64,000 nt of DNA from Escherichia phage Esco_phi_B-01. Positions 25,118 to 33,320 of this stretch are shown one piece after another. Each line of letters starts with the position of its first letter. Position 1 is the first letter of the stretch. The notes beneath the pieces were generated by a model. It searched no databases, was not told the origin of the DNA, and worked only from the letters and a program-made list of their open reading frames with translations. The position numbers and the translations under genes were made by a program. The stretch lies in sequence record OP292222.1. The stretch is one strand, 5' to 3'.

Positions 25118-25305
25118 TGGACTTATTTGATATGTTTGTCATTCCGGACCCTGAGCCTGAAACAACTCAGGAGCCGCCTATTGACCTTGTCAATGAACTT
25201 GATATGATTATACAGAAGCACGGCTTTAAGTTGCCTAAAGATGCCCTGGCTGACCTAGCTTCTTACTATCAAGACCCTCCACCCTGGGCTCCTTGGGTAA
25301 AATAA
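25117..25305 (+). CDS. hypothetical protein (62 aa), acidic/Pro-rich
   Basis: ORF track; TAATG coupling. Confidence 0.45.
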   Translation: MDLFDMFVIPDPEPETTQEPPIDLVNELDMIIQKHGFKLPKDALADLASYYQDPPPWAPWVK

Positions 25306-25538
25306 TGAATTGGCTAACTAATATACCTACATCGGCGTTGGATATCGACCGTAAACAAGCTCGTAAGGAAACCGAGCAAAAAAATATTCAGGCAAAAGCT
25401 CCTAAGATTGAAGTTGAGAAGCCAGAAACAAAAAGCTCTTATGAATCAAAAAGCTCCTATACTTCATATACCCAATCCTCATTAGGCATGGCTGCCGACA
25501 TTGCGGTGTTTGGCGTCCCACTTGGTGTGTTTAAGTAG
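25305..25538 (+). CDS. hypothetical protein (77 aa) with C-terminal hydrophobic segment
   Basis: first ATG overlapping the upstream stop (track start is a TTG). Confidence 0.45.
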   Translation: MNWLTNIPTSALDIDRKQARKETEQKNIQAKAPKIEVEKPETKSSYESKSSYTSYTQSSLGMAADIAVFGVPLGVFK

Positions 25539-25566
25539 TTTACATCTCCTCCCTTCATGTTATAAT
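25538..25566 (+). promoter_or_regulatory. T4-type early promoter (GTTTAC - 17 - TGtTATAAT)
   Basis: consensus; inverted repeat atgacctc/gaggtcat downstream covers the RBS and ATG. Confidence 0.6.
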
Positions 25567-25590
25567 GACCTCTAAATCACTGGAGGTCAT

Positions 25591-26160
25591 ATGAACATCG
25601 AACAAAAATGTCTTTATCAAGACCGAATCAATTCCAAATTTTCAAAATCTGAACAAGCGTTGTTAGAGAAATGTCTGGATGCCAAAAAAGACCCTAACTT
25701 ACATTATGACCTAGACAAACTAGTTCGTAAACATGTTACTTCGGCCGTTCCGGTAGAGCTTTATCGTGGGATTACCACCAGAGAACTTGAGCAATTAGAG
25801 CTCCTTTCAGTAGGGTGCCACTGGTCTCCTGGTCGGGTTACTTCTTTTAGTACACAATACTCTCAGGCTTGCCAGTTCGCAGGGTCATGGGAATATGGAA
25901 CCAAAACCATTTTAAGTCTCAGGAATGCACCCTTCATTTTTGACTACTACAATCATGCTATCGACCTTGTTCTTGCAGGGAATGCGGACGAACTTGAAAT
26001 AGATGAAACCCGTATTGACCTCTATGATATGGTCGAAACCGAATGTGAGTTCATGGTCTCTAGTCTATCACGGTTCGAGATTGTGGAAATCGAAACTATC
26101 AAAAGGGACCCATACGACATCGAGTACAAAATAATTCATTTAAAAATGTTGGATTTTTAG
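25591..26160 (+). CDS. modB: ADP-ribosyltransferase, ModB-like (R-S-E type)
   Basis: LYRGI (Arg), FSTQ (S-x-S), ECEFMV (E-x-E); position relative to srd and dda as in T4. Confidence 0.55.
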   Translation: MNIEQKCLYQDRINSKFSKSEQALLEKCLDAKKDPNLHYDLDKLVRKHVTSAVPVELYRGITTRELEQLELLSVGCHWSPGRVTSFSTQYSQACQFAGSWEYGTKTILSLRNAPFIFDYYNHAIDLVLAGNADELEIDETRIDLYDMVETECEFMVSSLSRFEIVEIETIKRDPYDIEYKIIHLKMLDF

Positions 26161-26189
26161 TTTACAGGCAAGGATGCTTATGTTACTAT
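26160..26189 (+). promoter_or_regulatory. T4-type early promoter (GTTTAC - 18 - TGtTACTAT)
   Basis: consensus elements. Confidence 0.55.
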
Positions 26190-26214
26190 CTTTCTATCAA
26201 CTGAGGAGAATAAT

Positions 26215-26829
26215 ATGTTATATCCAAGCCATAAATTAGCAGAATTTATCAACAATGCCAAATGCGATGATTTCCGTGAGAATACTCAGATAGAAATTGA
26301 TGAGGTGTATTCTGATTTAGAACAGAGCACGCTCTGGCAGTGTATGGAAAATAAACCTGATTCTATCCAGGAAACTCTGAACAAAATTATTCGTAAGAAC
26401 CTGACTTCTGTAGTGCCTGATAAGCTCTATCGCGGTATATCTAAAAAGACCCTGAAGTATCTAGAGTCCACAATGTGTGTGGGTGCGGTAATTGAATTCG
26501 ACCGCGTGATGAGCTTCTCTAAAGACTTCAACGTAGCAAGGAATTTCGCATCTTATAACTTCTACGGCACATTTAATATCTTTTGTATTAATGATGCGCC
26601 ATTTGTGTACAATTATCAGGAAGAAATCTTTAAAATGTTATGTGCTGCGCCCCCTGAAGAGTTCCCAGGCGCATTTCCTGAATCTACCCGTGTAGCAAAC
26701 TTACAATTAATTAATGATGAAGATGAGATGATGTTCCCTGCGGGAACTACGCTGCGCGTAGACTCTATTGAGAGAAATCCTAAATGGAATAATTACACCA
26801 TTTGGAATCTTTCCGTTCTTTCTTACTGA
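26215..26829 (+). CDS. modA: ADP-ribosyltransferase, ModA-like (R-S-E type)
   Basis: LYRGIS, MSFSKDF, EDEMMF motifs; paralog of the upstream gene. Confidence 0.55.
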   Translation: MLYPSHKLAEFINNAKCDDFRENTQIEIDEVYSDLEQSTLWQCMENKPDSIQETLNKIIRKNLTSVVPDKLYRGISKKTLKYLESTMCVGAVIEFDRVMSFSKDFNVARNFASYNFYGTFNIFCINDAPFVYNYQEEIFKMLCAAPPEEFPGAFPESTRVANLQLINDEDEMMFPAGTTLRVDSIERNPKWNNYTIWNLSVLSY

Positions 26830-26898
26830 ACCACCCGGTTTAATTGAAAGGCAAAGTCCTTGATTCATTATACCGTTGAAAATTTAAAGCAAAAAAGT

Positions 26899-26927
26899 GT
26901 TTACTTTATTAAGCAACATGATACTAT
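26899..26927 (+). promoter_or_regulatory. T4-type early promoter (GTTTAC - 17 - TGaTACTAT)
   Basis: consensus plus conserved leader atagacctatcaactaat. Confidence 0.65.
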
Positions 26928-26967
26928 AGACCTATCAACTAATCGTCCGTAAGATGAGAAAAATATC

Positions 26968-27717
26968 ATGCCTACTATTAAAACTAGCGATGAATTTGAG
27001 TTAAAGGTTTACAACCGCCGCAAACACACCAAAGCTTCTGCTTATAAACGTGGTAAGGACTTCAATCTGTCTAGTAAGTATGTTCGTAGACTTCTCGAAC
27101 AAAAAGTGTGCGCTTATTCAGGCGAGTACTTTGATGAAAATTCAGTTAATGATAAGATTTCATTTGAACGTTTTAACAACGATATCGGCTATATTGAGGG
27201 TAATGTAATCCCAGTTAAAGTTAAGTATAACAGCTTACGTGCCGATTTGTCCCTTGATGAACTGAAACGTGCCCAGACTCGTTTAGCAGTTCGTATTTCA
27301 GGTAGTTCTAAAATGCCTAATAGTTTTAAAGTTACCCCTGATAATTATTATAAAATCCGTAAAATCGTTAAAAATATAAAAGATACCCAAAGAGGTCTTA
27401 AAAAACGTGAAAAACGTCTTAAAGACCTTATTAAATCGGGAGCTACTGATAAGACTCCTTCTGTTATCGCGGTTAAGGCCCGTATCCACGGTTCTAACGC
27501 TTCAATCGGTACTATGGAAAAAGGTCTTAAATCTTTAATTGGTGGGCCTGACTGGCGCGTCAAGTTTAAATTGTCTGAAGCAGAAACGCGTTACGATATG
27601 TATGATAAAATTATTCAAGGTCTGGAGCGTTTAGAACACCTTTCTTTTATTGACAAATTGAAGTTGAAAAAAGGTCTTCCGCTGAATGCTTCAATTTTTT
27701 CACTGATTAGAGGTTAA
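26968..27717 (+). CDS. srd: Srd-like protein (name by position and size)
   Basis: 249 aa ORF located modA - srd - dda.1 - dda as in T4; contains a CxxxGE...N...N HNH-like core lacking the His residues. Confidence 0.55.
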   Translation: MPTIKTSDEFELKVYNRRKHTKASAYKRGKDFNLSSKYVRRLLEQKVCAYSGEYFDENSVNDKISFERFNNDIGYIEGNVIPVKVKYNSLRADLSLDELKRAQTRLAVRISGSSKMPNSFKVTPDNYYKIRKIVKNIKDTQRGLKKREKRLKDLIKSGATDKTPSVIAVKARIHGSNASIGTMEKGLKSLIGGPDWRVKFKLSEAETRYDMYDKIIQGLERLEHLSFIDKLKLKKGLPLNASIFSLIRG

Positions 27718-27721
27718 CGTG

Positions 27722-28018
27722 ATGTACTATGCATACGTATTAGTTCACAAGGACAAAGACGGGTATGAAATTCCATTAGAAGATGCCGGTGAAGTGACTT
27801 TGTATTCGACAAAGATTGGAGCCGACACTGCTTTAGAGGCTTATGAAATCTCAACAAAAAGATATCTTCGGCTTGGACGCCTTGAAACAGTGTGCACGCC
27901 AAGAAAATGGTGGTTTGATAAGTGGGAAACTAAAACAGTTTTTCCTACCAAAGAACGGGCCCGAGAATTAAAATTGATTTTAGACACTTTATATGTTAAG
28001 CGAGTAAAATTGGCATGA
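27722..28018 (+). CDS. hypothetical protein (98 aa), dda.1 position
   Basis: ORF track; ATG just after GTG. Confidence 0.45.
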   Translation: MYYAYVLVHKDKDGYEIPLEDAGEVTLYSTKIGADTALEAYEISTKRYLRLGRLETVCTPRKWWFDKWETKTVFPTKERARELKLILDTLYVKRVKLA

Positions 28019-29346
28019 TTACATTTGAAGACTTGAATATTGGGCAACGGACGGCCTTTAAAGAAATCATTGAAGCTGTTAAACGACGTAAGGGCGAATG
28101 GATTACATTGAATGGTCCTGCGGGTACAGGTAAAACGACCCTTACTAAATTTATCCTTGACCACTTAGTCAAGAATGGCGAACTCGGAGTTATTTTGACC
28201 GCACCTACGCACGCGGCCAAGAAGGTATTGTCGAAACTCGCAGGCCAAGAAGCATCGACAATCCACCGAATCTTAAAGATTAACCCGACTACATACGAAG
28301 ACCAGGATATTTTTGAACAACGTGAAGCTCCTGATTTGAGCAAATGTAATGTTCTTGTGGTCGACGAAGGCTCAATGATTGACGGTAAGTTGTTTAAGAT
28401 TATCGAAGCATCGGTTCCACCATGGTGCACTGTACTGGGGATTGGCGACCGAGCTCAGTTACAGCCAGTAGAACCTGGAAGTGATGGAAGTCCTCAGTTG
28501 TCTCCATTCTTTACCCATCCTAAAATTAAACAGCTACACCTTACTGAAGTAATGCGTAGTAATGCTCCTATCATTGAGGTTGCTACTGAAATCCGTAATG
28601 GTGGATGGTTCCGAGATTGTATATTCGAAGGTCACGGTGTCCATGGTTTTAAATCTCAAACGGCTTTAAAAGATTTTATGATGAATTATTTTTCCATCGT
28701 AAAAGATGCTGATGCCTTGTTTGAGAATAGGATGTTTGCTTATACAAATAAATCAGTTGAAAAACTGAATAGTATTATTCGTAAAAAGCTTTATGAAACC
28801 GATGCACCTTATATCAAGGGCGAAATCCTCGTGATGCAAGAGCCTTTTATTAAGGAACTTGAATATGACGGTAAGAAATTCTCTGAAACCATTTTTAATA
28901 ACGGCCAGATGGTTCGTATTTTAGATGTGAACCACACCTCATTGTTCTTGTCTGCCAAGGATGTAGGCACTCGCCAGATGATTAATTACTGGGACCTCCA
29001 GGTTGAATCTGTTGATGAGGATGACGAGTACTACGTAGAACACTTGAAAGTTATTGATGAGGCTTCAGTTGAGAAGTTCCATTATTTCTTGGCTAAGGTG
29101 GCTACTGAGTACAAGGCCATGCGTGGGACTGGTAATAAACCTAAGTGGGCTGATTTCTGGAAAGCCAAGCGAATGTTCACTAAGGTCCGAGCTCTTCCGG
29201 TGAGCACTGTTCATAAATCACAGGGCCTTACTGTCCAAAACAGTTTCATCTATACTCCGTGCATGCACATGGCTGATGCGAATTTAGCTTCACAGCTGGC
29301 TTATGTTAGTATTACCCGTGCTCGTACTGATGCCTATTATGTTTGA
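28015..29346 (+). CDS. dda: Dda DNA helicase (SF1B)
   Basis: LNGPAGTGKTT Walker A, VVDEGSM Walker B, C-terminal SITRAR motif; 443 aa. Confidence 0.9.
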   Translation: MITFEDLNIGQRTAFKEIIEAVKRRKGEWITLNGPAGTGKTTLTKFILDHLVKNGELGVILTAPTHAAKKVLSKLAGQEASTIHRILKINPTTYEDQDIFEQREAPDLSKCNVLVVDEGSMIDGKLFKIIEASVPPWCTVLGIGDRAQLQPVEPGSDGSPQLSPFFTHPKIKQLHLTEVMRSNAPIIEVATEIRNGGWFRDCIFEGHGVHGFKSQTALKDFMMNYFSIVKDADALFENRMFAYTNKSVEKLNSIIRKKLYETDAPYIKGEILVMQEPFIKELEYDGKKFSETIFNNGQMVRILDVNHTSLFLSAKDVGTRQMINYWDLQVESVDEDDEYYVEHLKVIDEASVEKFHYFLAKVATEYKAMRGTGNKPKWADFWKAKRMFTKVRALPVSTVHKSQGLTVQNSFIYTPCMHMADANLASQLAYVSITRARTDAYYV

Positions 29347-29353
29347 GGAAAAT

Positions 29354-29593
29354 ATGATTAAAGTAACTAAAGACCAATTTTATAAGTTGAAATTCGAAAC
29401 CGAATATATTATTAAGGTCAACCCAGACGATACAAATATCCGTGGCAAGGCTCATAAGGTCTTGCATTCACTTAAAGAGATTGAAAGTGATTTTATTGCA
29501 GTGCAAAAACTGATGGACGACAACATCTCTTCGGTTTATATTGAAGACTATACTGTTGGCCAAATCCGAGACCTTATGAGGTACGTTAAATGA
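29354..29593 (+). CDS. hypothetical protein (79 aa)
   Basis: start after RBS gaggaaaat. Confidence 0.5.
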   Translation: MIKVTKDQFYKLKFETEYIIKVNPDDTNIRGKAHKVLHSLKEIESDFIAVQKLMDDNISSVYIEDYTVGQIRDLMRYVK

Positions 29594-30264
29594 AAGATAT
29601 AATTATTGACTTCGAAACCTTTGCCACTACCCAAAATGCAGCAGTTATCGACCTCGCCGTAATTGCTTATGACCCTAATCCAGAGGTAGTAGAATCTTTT
29701 GAAGAGCTTACTCAACGTGGCCTTCGTATTAAATTCGATTTGGCTTCTCAACGCGATAAACGTCTGTTCTCTAAAAGCACATTGCAGTGGTGGAAAGAAC
29801 AAGGACCTGAAGCACGTAAAAACCTGGCTCCGTCCGAAATTGATGTGAGTACTTCTATCGGCATTGGTAATTTCTTGGAATACTGCCGTAAAAACGAAGT
29901 GGACCAATGGAAATCCCAGATGTGGTGCCGCGGAATGTCCTTTGACTTTCCAATCTTAGTGGACCTTATTCGTGATGCTTATCGTTCTGAAGGTGTTCCT
30001 GAGAACGAAATCGATACCACTAAGTTGGAACCGGTTAAATTCTGGAACCAACGCGATATCCGTACGGCCATTGAAGCCTATTCACTGACGCGTGGATTAA
30101 GCATGTGCCCTCTGCCTAACGGGACATTGAATGGCTTTGTGGCTCACGACTCTATCCATGACTGCGCCAAGGATATCTTGATGCTGAAATATGCCCAACG
30201 ATATGCTTTAAACCTGGAAGATGTTCCTGAGAATCCAGACCCATTAAGTGTAAAAAATCGATAA
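29590..30264 (+). CDS. dexA: DexA exonuclease A (DnaQ-like 3'-5' exonuclease)
   Basis: IIDFETFAT exo I motif, HDSIHDCAKD exo III; 224 aa; position after dda. Confidence 0.8.
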   Translation: MKDIIIDFETFATTQNAAVIDLAVIAYDPNPEVVESFEELTQRGLRIKFDLASQRDKRLFSKSTLQWWKEQGPEARKNLAPSEIDVSTSIGIGNFLEYCRKNEVDQWKSQMWCRGMSFDFPILVDLIRDAYRSEGVPENEIDTTKLEPVKFWNQRDIRTAIEAYSLTRGLSMCPLPNGTLNGFVAHDSIHDCAKDILMLKYAQRYALNLEDVPENPDPLSVKNR

Positions 30265-30268
30265 AAGT

Positions 30269-30297
30269 GTTTACTTCTCCTCATGACATGATATTAT
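30269..30297 (+). promoter_or_regulatory. T4-type early promoter (GTTTAC - 17 - TGaTATTAT)
   Basis: consensus elements. Confidence 0.6.
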
Positions 30298-30324
30298 CTA
30301 CCCTATCAACATGAGGAGAACAAA

Positions 30325-30834
30325 ATGAAACTTTATCGAGTTGAGTCATCGTTCAGTATCTTAGATGATGGAAACGCTATCACAATACGACGAGACCTCT
30401 GTACTCAAATGACCCCGTATAGAAGTACAACAGACTCATGGAGTGAAGGCTGGTTATTAGAAGTAGGTTTAGACAGGCCTATTTTTAGACACCATCATAG
30501 CATTAATAAAAATATCCCACTACCAAGTCAAGATAAGCTGTTGGTAGAAAATTCTAATAAAGCCATTAGAACTAAGTGGAAAAGGCCTGATTATGAAGGC
30601 TCTGATGATTATATTCCAGGTTGGTTTGTTAACCTCTACCATTTTGCTTTTGCCAGTGAGTATGATATGATGCGCTGGTTCACTCGTGAAGAGCGTGAAG
30701 AATTATCTTCTAAAGGATTCTATCTTGCTGTTTACGAAATACCAGAAGATGAGGTTGTCATCGGTGGCCGCCAAGTAATGTTCCGCAAATCCCATGCCGA
30801 ACTTGTAGATTTTATTGAATTGAGAACAATATGA
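30325..30834 (+). CDS. hypothetical protein (169 aa)
   Basis: ORF track; RBS gaggaga. Confidence 0.55.
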   Translation: MKLYRVESSFSILDDGNAITIRRDLCTQMTPYRSTTDSWSEGWLLEVGLDRPIFRHHHSINKNIPLPSQDKLLVENSNKAIRTKWKRPDYEGSDDYIPGWFVNLYHFAFASEYDMMRWFTREEREELSSKGFYLAVYEIPEDEVVIGGRQVMFRKSHAELVDFIELRTI

Positions 30835-31379
30835 AATTTAATTACAACCCTAAATACACCCCGAATCCGGCAGCTAAACTGATTGATTTTGATGTTTTAA
30901 GCACTTATGTATGCCCTGTTAAACCACTGGAAATTAAGGAAACCACTATGACTACTCAGACTATCGAAATCGGCAAAACCTACAAACTGGTTGAACCTGA
31001 AATTAAAACTAAGGCCTTGATTTCTGGTTATAAAACTCTGACTTATGTTTTTGGCGAAGGCGAATTTATTGTTGAAGAATTCGCCAAAAGTGAGTGGTTT
31101 GACAAATCTTACGTCCTCCACGGCCGCCGGTTAGATAATAACAAAATAGAGAAAAACCTGGTTTATGAAGATGAGTTCATCCTGTTCCAAGAAGTTGAAG
31201 AACAAGGCCCTACCGACCTGTTGTGTGCTGCTGTGGCTATCCGTCGTCCTTTTGATAATCCTATCTGTGGTTGGGTAACAGACCAGTGGATTGAAGATGG
31301 TGTTGAACTCCTGAACGTTGTACATGCTGGTGATTTTAGCGTAGTACCTCGTAGTGCAGTGGTTAATGTATTGAATTAA
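30831..31379 (+). CDS. hypothetical protein (182 aa), paralog of 31453-32019
   Basis: shared C-terminal domain (GWVTDQWIEDGVELLNVVHAGDFSVVPRS vs GYITDQWVEEGVKLYNIVFLGTFKVVPES). Confidence 0.5.
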   Translation: MKFNYNPKYTPNPAAKLIDFDVLSTYVCPVKPLEIKETTMTTQTIEIGKTYKLVEPEIKTKALISGYKTLTYVFGEGEFIVEEFAKSEWFDKSYVLHGRRLDNNKIEKNLVYEDEFILFQEVEEQGPTDLLCAAVAIRRPFDNPICGWVTDQWIEDGVELLNVVHAGDFSVVPRSAVVNVLN

Positions 31380-31381
31380 TA

Positions 31382-31410
31382 GTTTACTTTATCGAGGGCC
31401 ATGTTATAAT
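31382..31410 (+). promoter_or_regulatory. T4-type early promoter (GTTTAC - 17 - TGtTATAAT)
   Basis: consensus elements. Confidence 0.6.
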
Positions 31411-31452
31411 GGCTCTCATGGATTATAAACCTTTAACCAAGAGAGAAAAATT

Positions 31453-32019
31453 ATGATTACTATTTCCGATATCGGCAGTATCGTTCGTGTATCCAAAAAG
31501 TCTCGTTCAAAAGCTGCGGGCAGTTTAGTTGAAGTTGTTAGCATCCAACTTAAAGAAGGTGTCAGTGAAGAAAATTATGAAGTAAAAGTTCGTATCATTC
31601 CTAAAAATCGCCAGACTGAAACCCAATTCGGTTATGTGCGCGCTAAATTCTTGGAATCGACTGAATTTACCGGATACATCGCTCCCGTAGTTGAAGAAGT
31701 TGAATCCCATGATGGGTATGTATGTGAAAGCAATGATATCCGTGGCGTAGTAGCTCAAGACGTTGAAACTATTGACCAATCTCATGTCGGCGTTGATTTC
31801 AAATGGAAATTAGGTCGAGGAGTGTGTTTTAATACTCCTAAACCGTTCAAATATGTTGACGAACCTTTTGGTACTTATGAAACTACTAGCATGTCCGGTT
31901 ACATCACAGACCAGTGGGTTGAAGAAGGCGTTAAGCTTTATAACATCGTGTTCCTTGGAACCTTTAAAGTGGTTCCTGAAAGCTTTATTGTCGAGTATGC
32001 TAATATTCATCGTGCATAA
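31453..32019 (+). CDS. hypothetical protein (188 aa), paralog of 30831-31379
   Basis: see paralog; RBS gagagaaaaa. Confidence 0.55.
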   Translation: MITISDIGSIVRVSKKSRSKAAGSLVEVVSIQLKEGVSEENYEVKVRIIPKNRQTETQFGYVRAKFLESTEFTGYIAPVVEEVESHDGYVCESNDIRGVVAQDVETIDQSHVGVDFKWKLGRGVCFNTPKPFKYVDEPFGTYETTSMSGYITDQWVEEGVKLYNIVFLGTFKVVPESFIVEYANIHRA

Positions 32020-32033
32020 AGTTTAAAAAAGTA

Positions 32034-32063
32034 GTGTACAACAAGATAGGGTAGTGATAAGAT
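32034..32063 (+). promoter_or_regulatory. early-type promoter variant (GTGTAC - 18 - TGaTAAGAT) inside an inverted repeat agggta/taccct
   Basis: near-consensus -35 and extended -10. Confidence 0.4.
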
Positions 32064-32179
32064 TACCCTATCAAAACAAATGAGTGATGGAGAATAAAAA
32101 TGTTTGCACCTTATATTATGATTGCAGTTATCGTTATCTGTCTGTATCTTTTAATTAAAGCTTGTTAAGGAGATTCAAA

Positions 32180-32398
32180 ATGGCTAAAGTTGCTGTGAAC
32201 TCAACTCGCGAAGAATTTGAAGATGTTCTGTTCAACCCTGATTTAATCGTAGTTCAAAAGGAACATTCTGATACGTTTTCTCATTTATCGTCGGTTTATG
32301 TATACGAAAATCAAGGTGATAAAAACCCTATCTATGCAGTGTTCCGTGAAATTACTGCTGAAGGTACTGACTTCTGGAAGGAAACTTATAATGCGTAA
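32180..32398 (+). CDS. hypothetical protein (72 aa)
   Basis: start after RBS aaggaga. Confidence 0.45.
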   Translation: MAKVAVNSTREEFEDVLFNPDLIVVQKEHSDTFSHLSSVYVYENQGDKNPIYAVFREITAEGTDFWKETYNA

Positions 32399-32807
32399 TC
32401 AATCTAAATTTGAAGTTGGTAAGTGGTATTATTTTAAAGACGAAGCATCTGAAGCTGAATTCCGTCGTAGAGTTATCAATAACACCGGTATAGCGGATGC
32501 TATTGTTGAAGCCGAAGGTTTTTGTCCAAGGACTATCAAAGCGGGTAATGTAATTAATGTAGACCTAGCTTATGGTGATAATAAAGATATGATTTTATAT
32601 CCTACTGAGCGGAAATTCTTTACTGAAATGTGTGTAGTTGAAAATGAAGATGAATGGGCAGAAGACGGTGTCTCCGAAGACGAAGACCAGTCTGAAGATG
32701 CTGCGCCGTTCGAACCGAGTGATTTCCCTTTGACTAAAATCACTATTTCTAATAATTCTGAAGCCTGGACAGTTTACCAGATGCTGAAAGCCCACTTTAA
32801 GGAATAA
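32391..32807 (+). CDS. hypothetical protein (138 aa), acidic C-terminus
   Basis: ATG overlapping the upstream stop. Confidence 0.5.
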   Translation: MRNQSKFEVGKWYYFKDEASEAEFRRRVINNTGIADAIVEAEGFCPRTIKAGNVINVDLAYGDNKDMILYPTERKFFTEMCVVENEDEWAEDGVSEDEDQSEDAAPFEPSDFPLTKITISNNSEAWTVYQMLKAHFKE

Positions 32808-32810
32808 TAG

Positions 32811-32987
32811 ATGCCACTTTATGATTACAAATGCCAATCTGAAGACTGTGCAAAAGAATACGAAAAAATCAAGAAAATCTCTGAAAGAGATAACGATGTT
32901 TGTCCTGATTGCCATCGGCTGGCTGTTCGGTTAGTTTCAGCTCCTAAACATGTTAACGGCGGGTTCTATGACCTGCTAACTAAGTGA
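32811..32987 (+). CDS. FmdB-family-like zinc ribbon protein (58 aa)
   Basis: MPLYDYKCQSEDC...CPDC pattern typical of the small CxxC...CxxC regulatory zinc ribbon; RBS aaggaa. Confidence 0.45.
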   Translation: MPLYDYKCQSEDCAKEYEKIKKISERDNDVCPDCHRLAVRLVSAPKHVNGGFYDLLTK

Positions 32988-32993
32988 GAAATT

Positions 32994-33254
32994 ATGAAAT
33001 ATGTTAATCGTTCTATCGCGGCTCTTGTACTAGCAGTTTCGTTGGTTGGTTGTACTGATGCCGATAATGCTACCCGTGTATTAGATGCAAATGGCTACGA
33101 ACAAATCCAAATCACGGGATACAACCTATTTGGCTGTTCTGAAGATGATTTCCAACGTACAGGCTTTATTGCTGTAGGGCCGACAGGTAAAAGGGTTGAA
33201 GGAACAGTTTGTTCCGGGTTATTCTTTAAAAAGTCGACCATTCGATTTGATTAA
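32994..33254 (+). CDS. putative lipoprotein (86 aa)
   Basis: signal peptide with lipobox LVGC. Confidence 0.55.
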   Translation: MKYVNRSIAALVLAVSLVGCTDADNATRVLDANGYEQIQITGYNLFGCSEDDFQRTGFIAVGPTGKRVEGTVCSGLFFKKSTIRFD

Positions 33255-33270
33255 GGGCTTCGGCCCTTTT
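33253..33270 (+). terminator. intrinsic terminator (aagggc-ttcg-gccctt + TT)
   Basis: UUCG hairpin plus T run. Confidence 0.55.
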
Positions 33271-33271
33271 A

Positions 33272-33296
33272 TGCTTTAAGTGAAATGGGATAATAT
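33272..33296 (+). promoter_or_regulatory. MotA-dependent middle promoter for gene 39 (TGCTTTA - 12 - TAATAT)
   Basis: exact MotA-box core with correct spacing. Confidence 0.5.
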
Positions 33297-33320
33297 TCTC
33301 CTACTACATGAGGAAATAAC

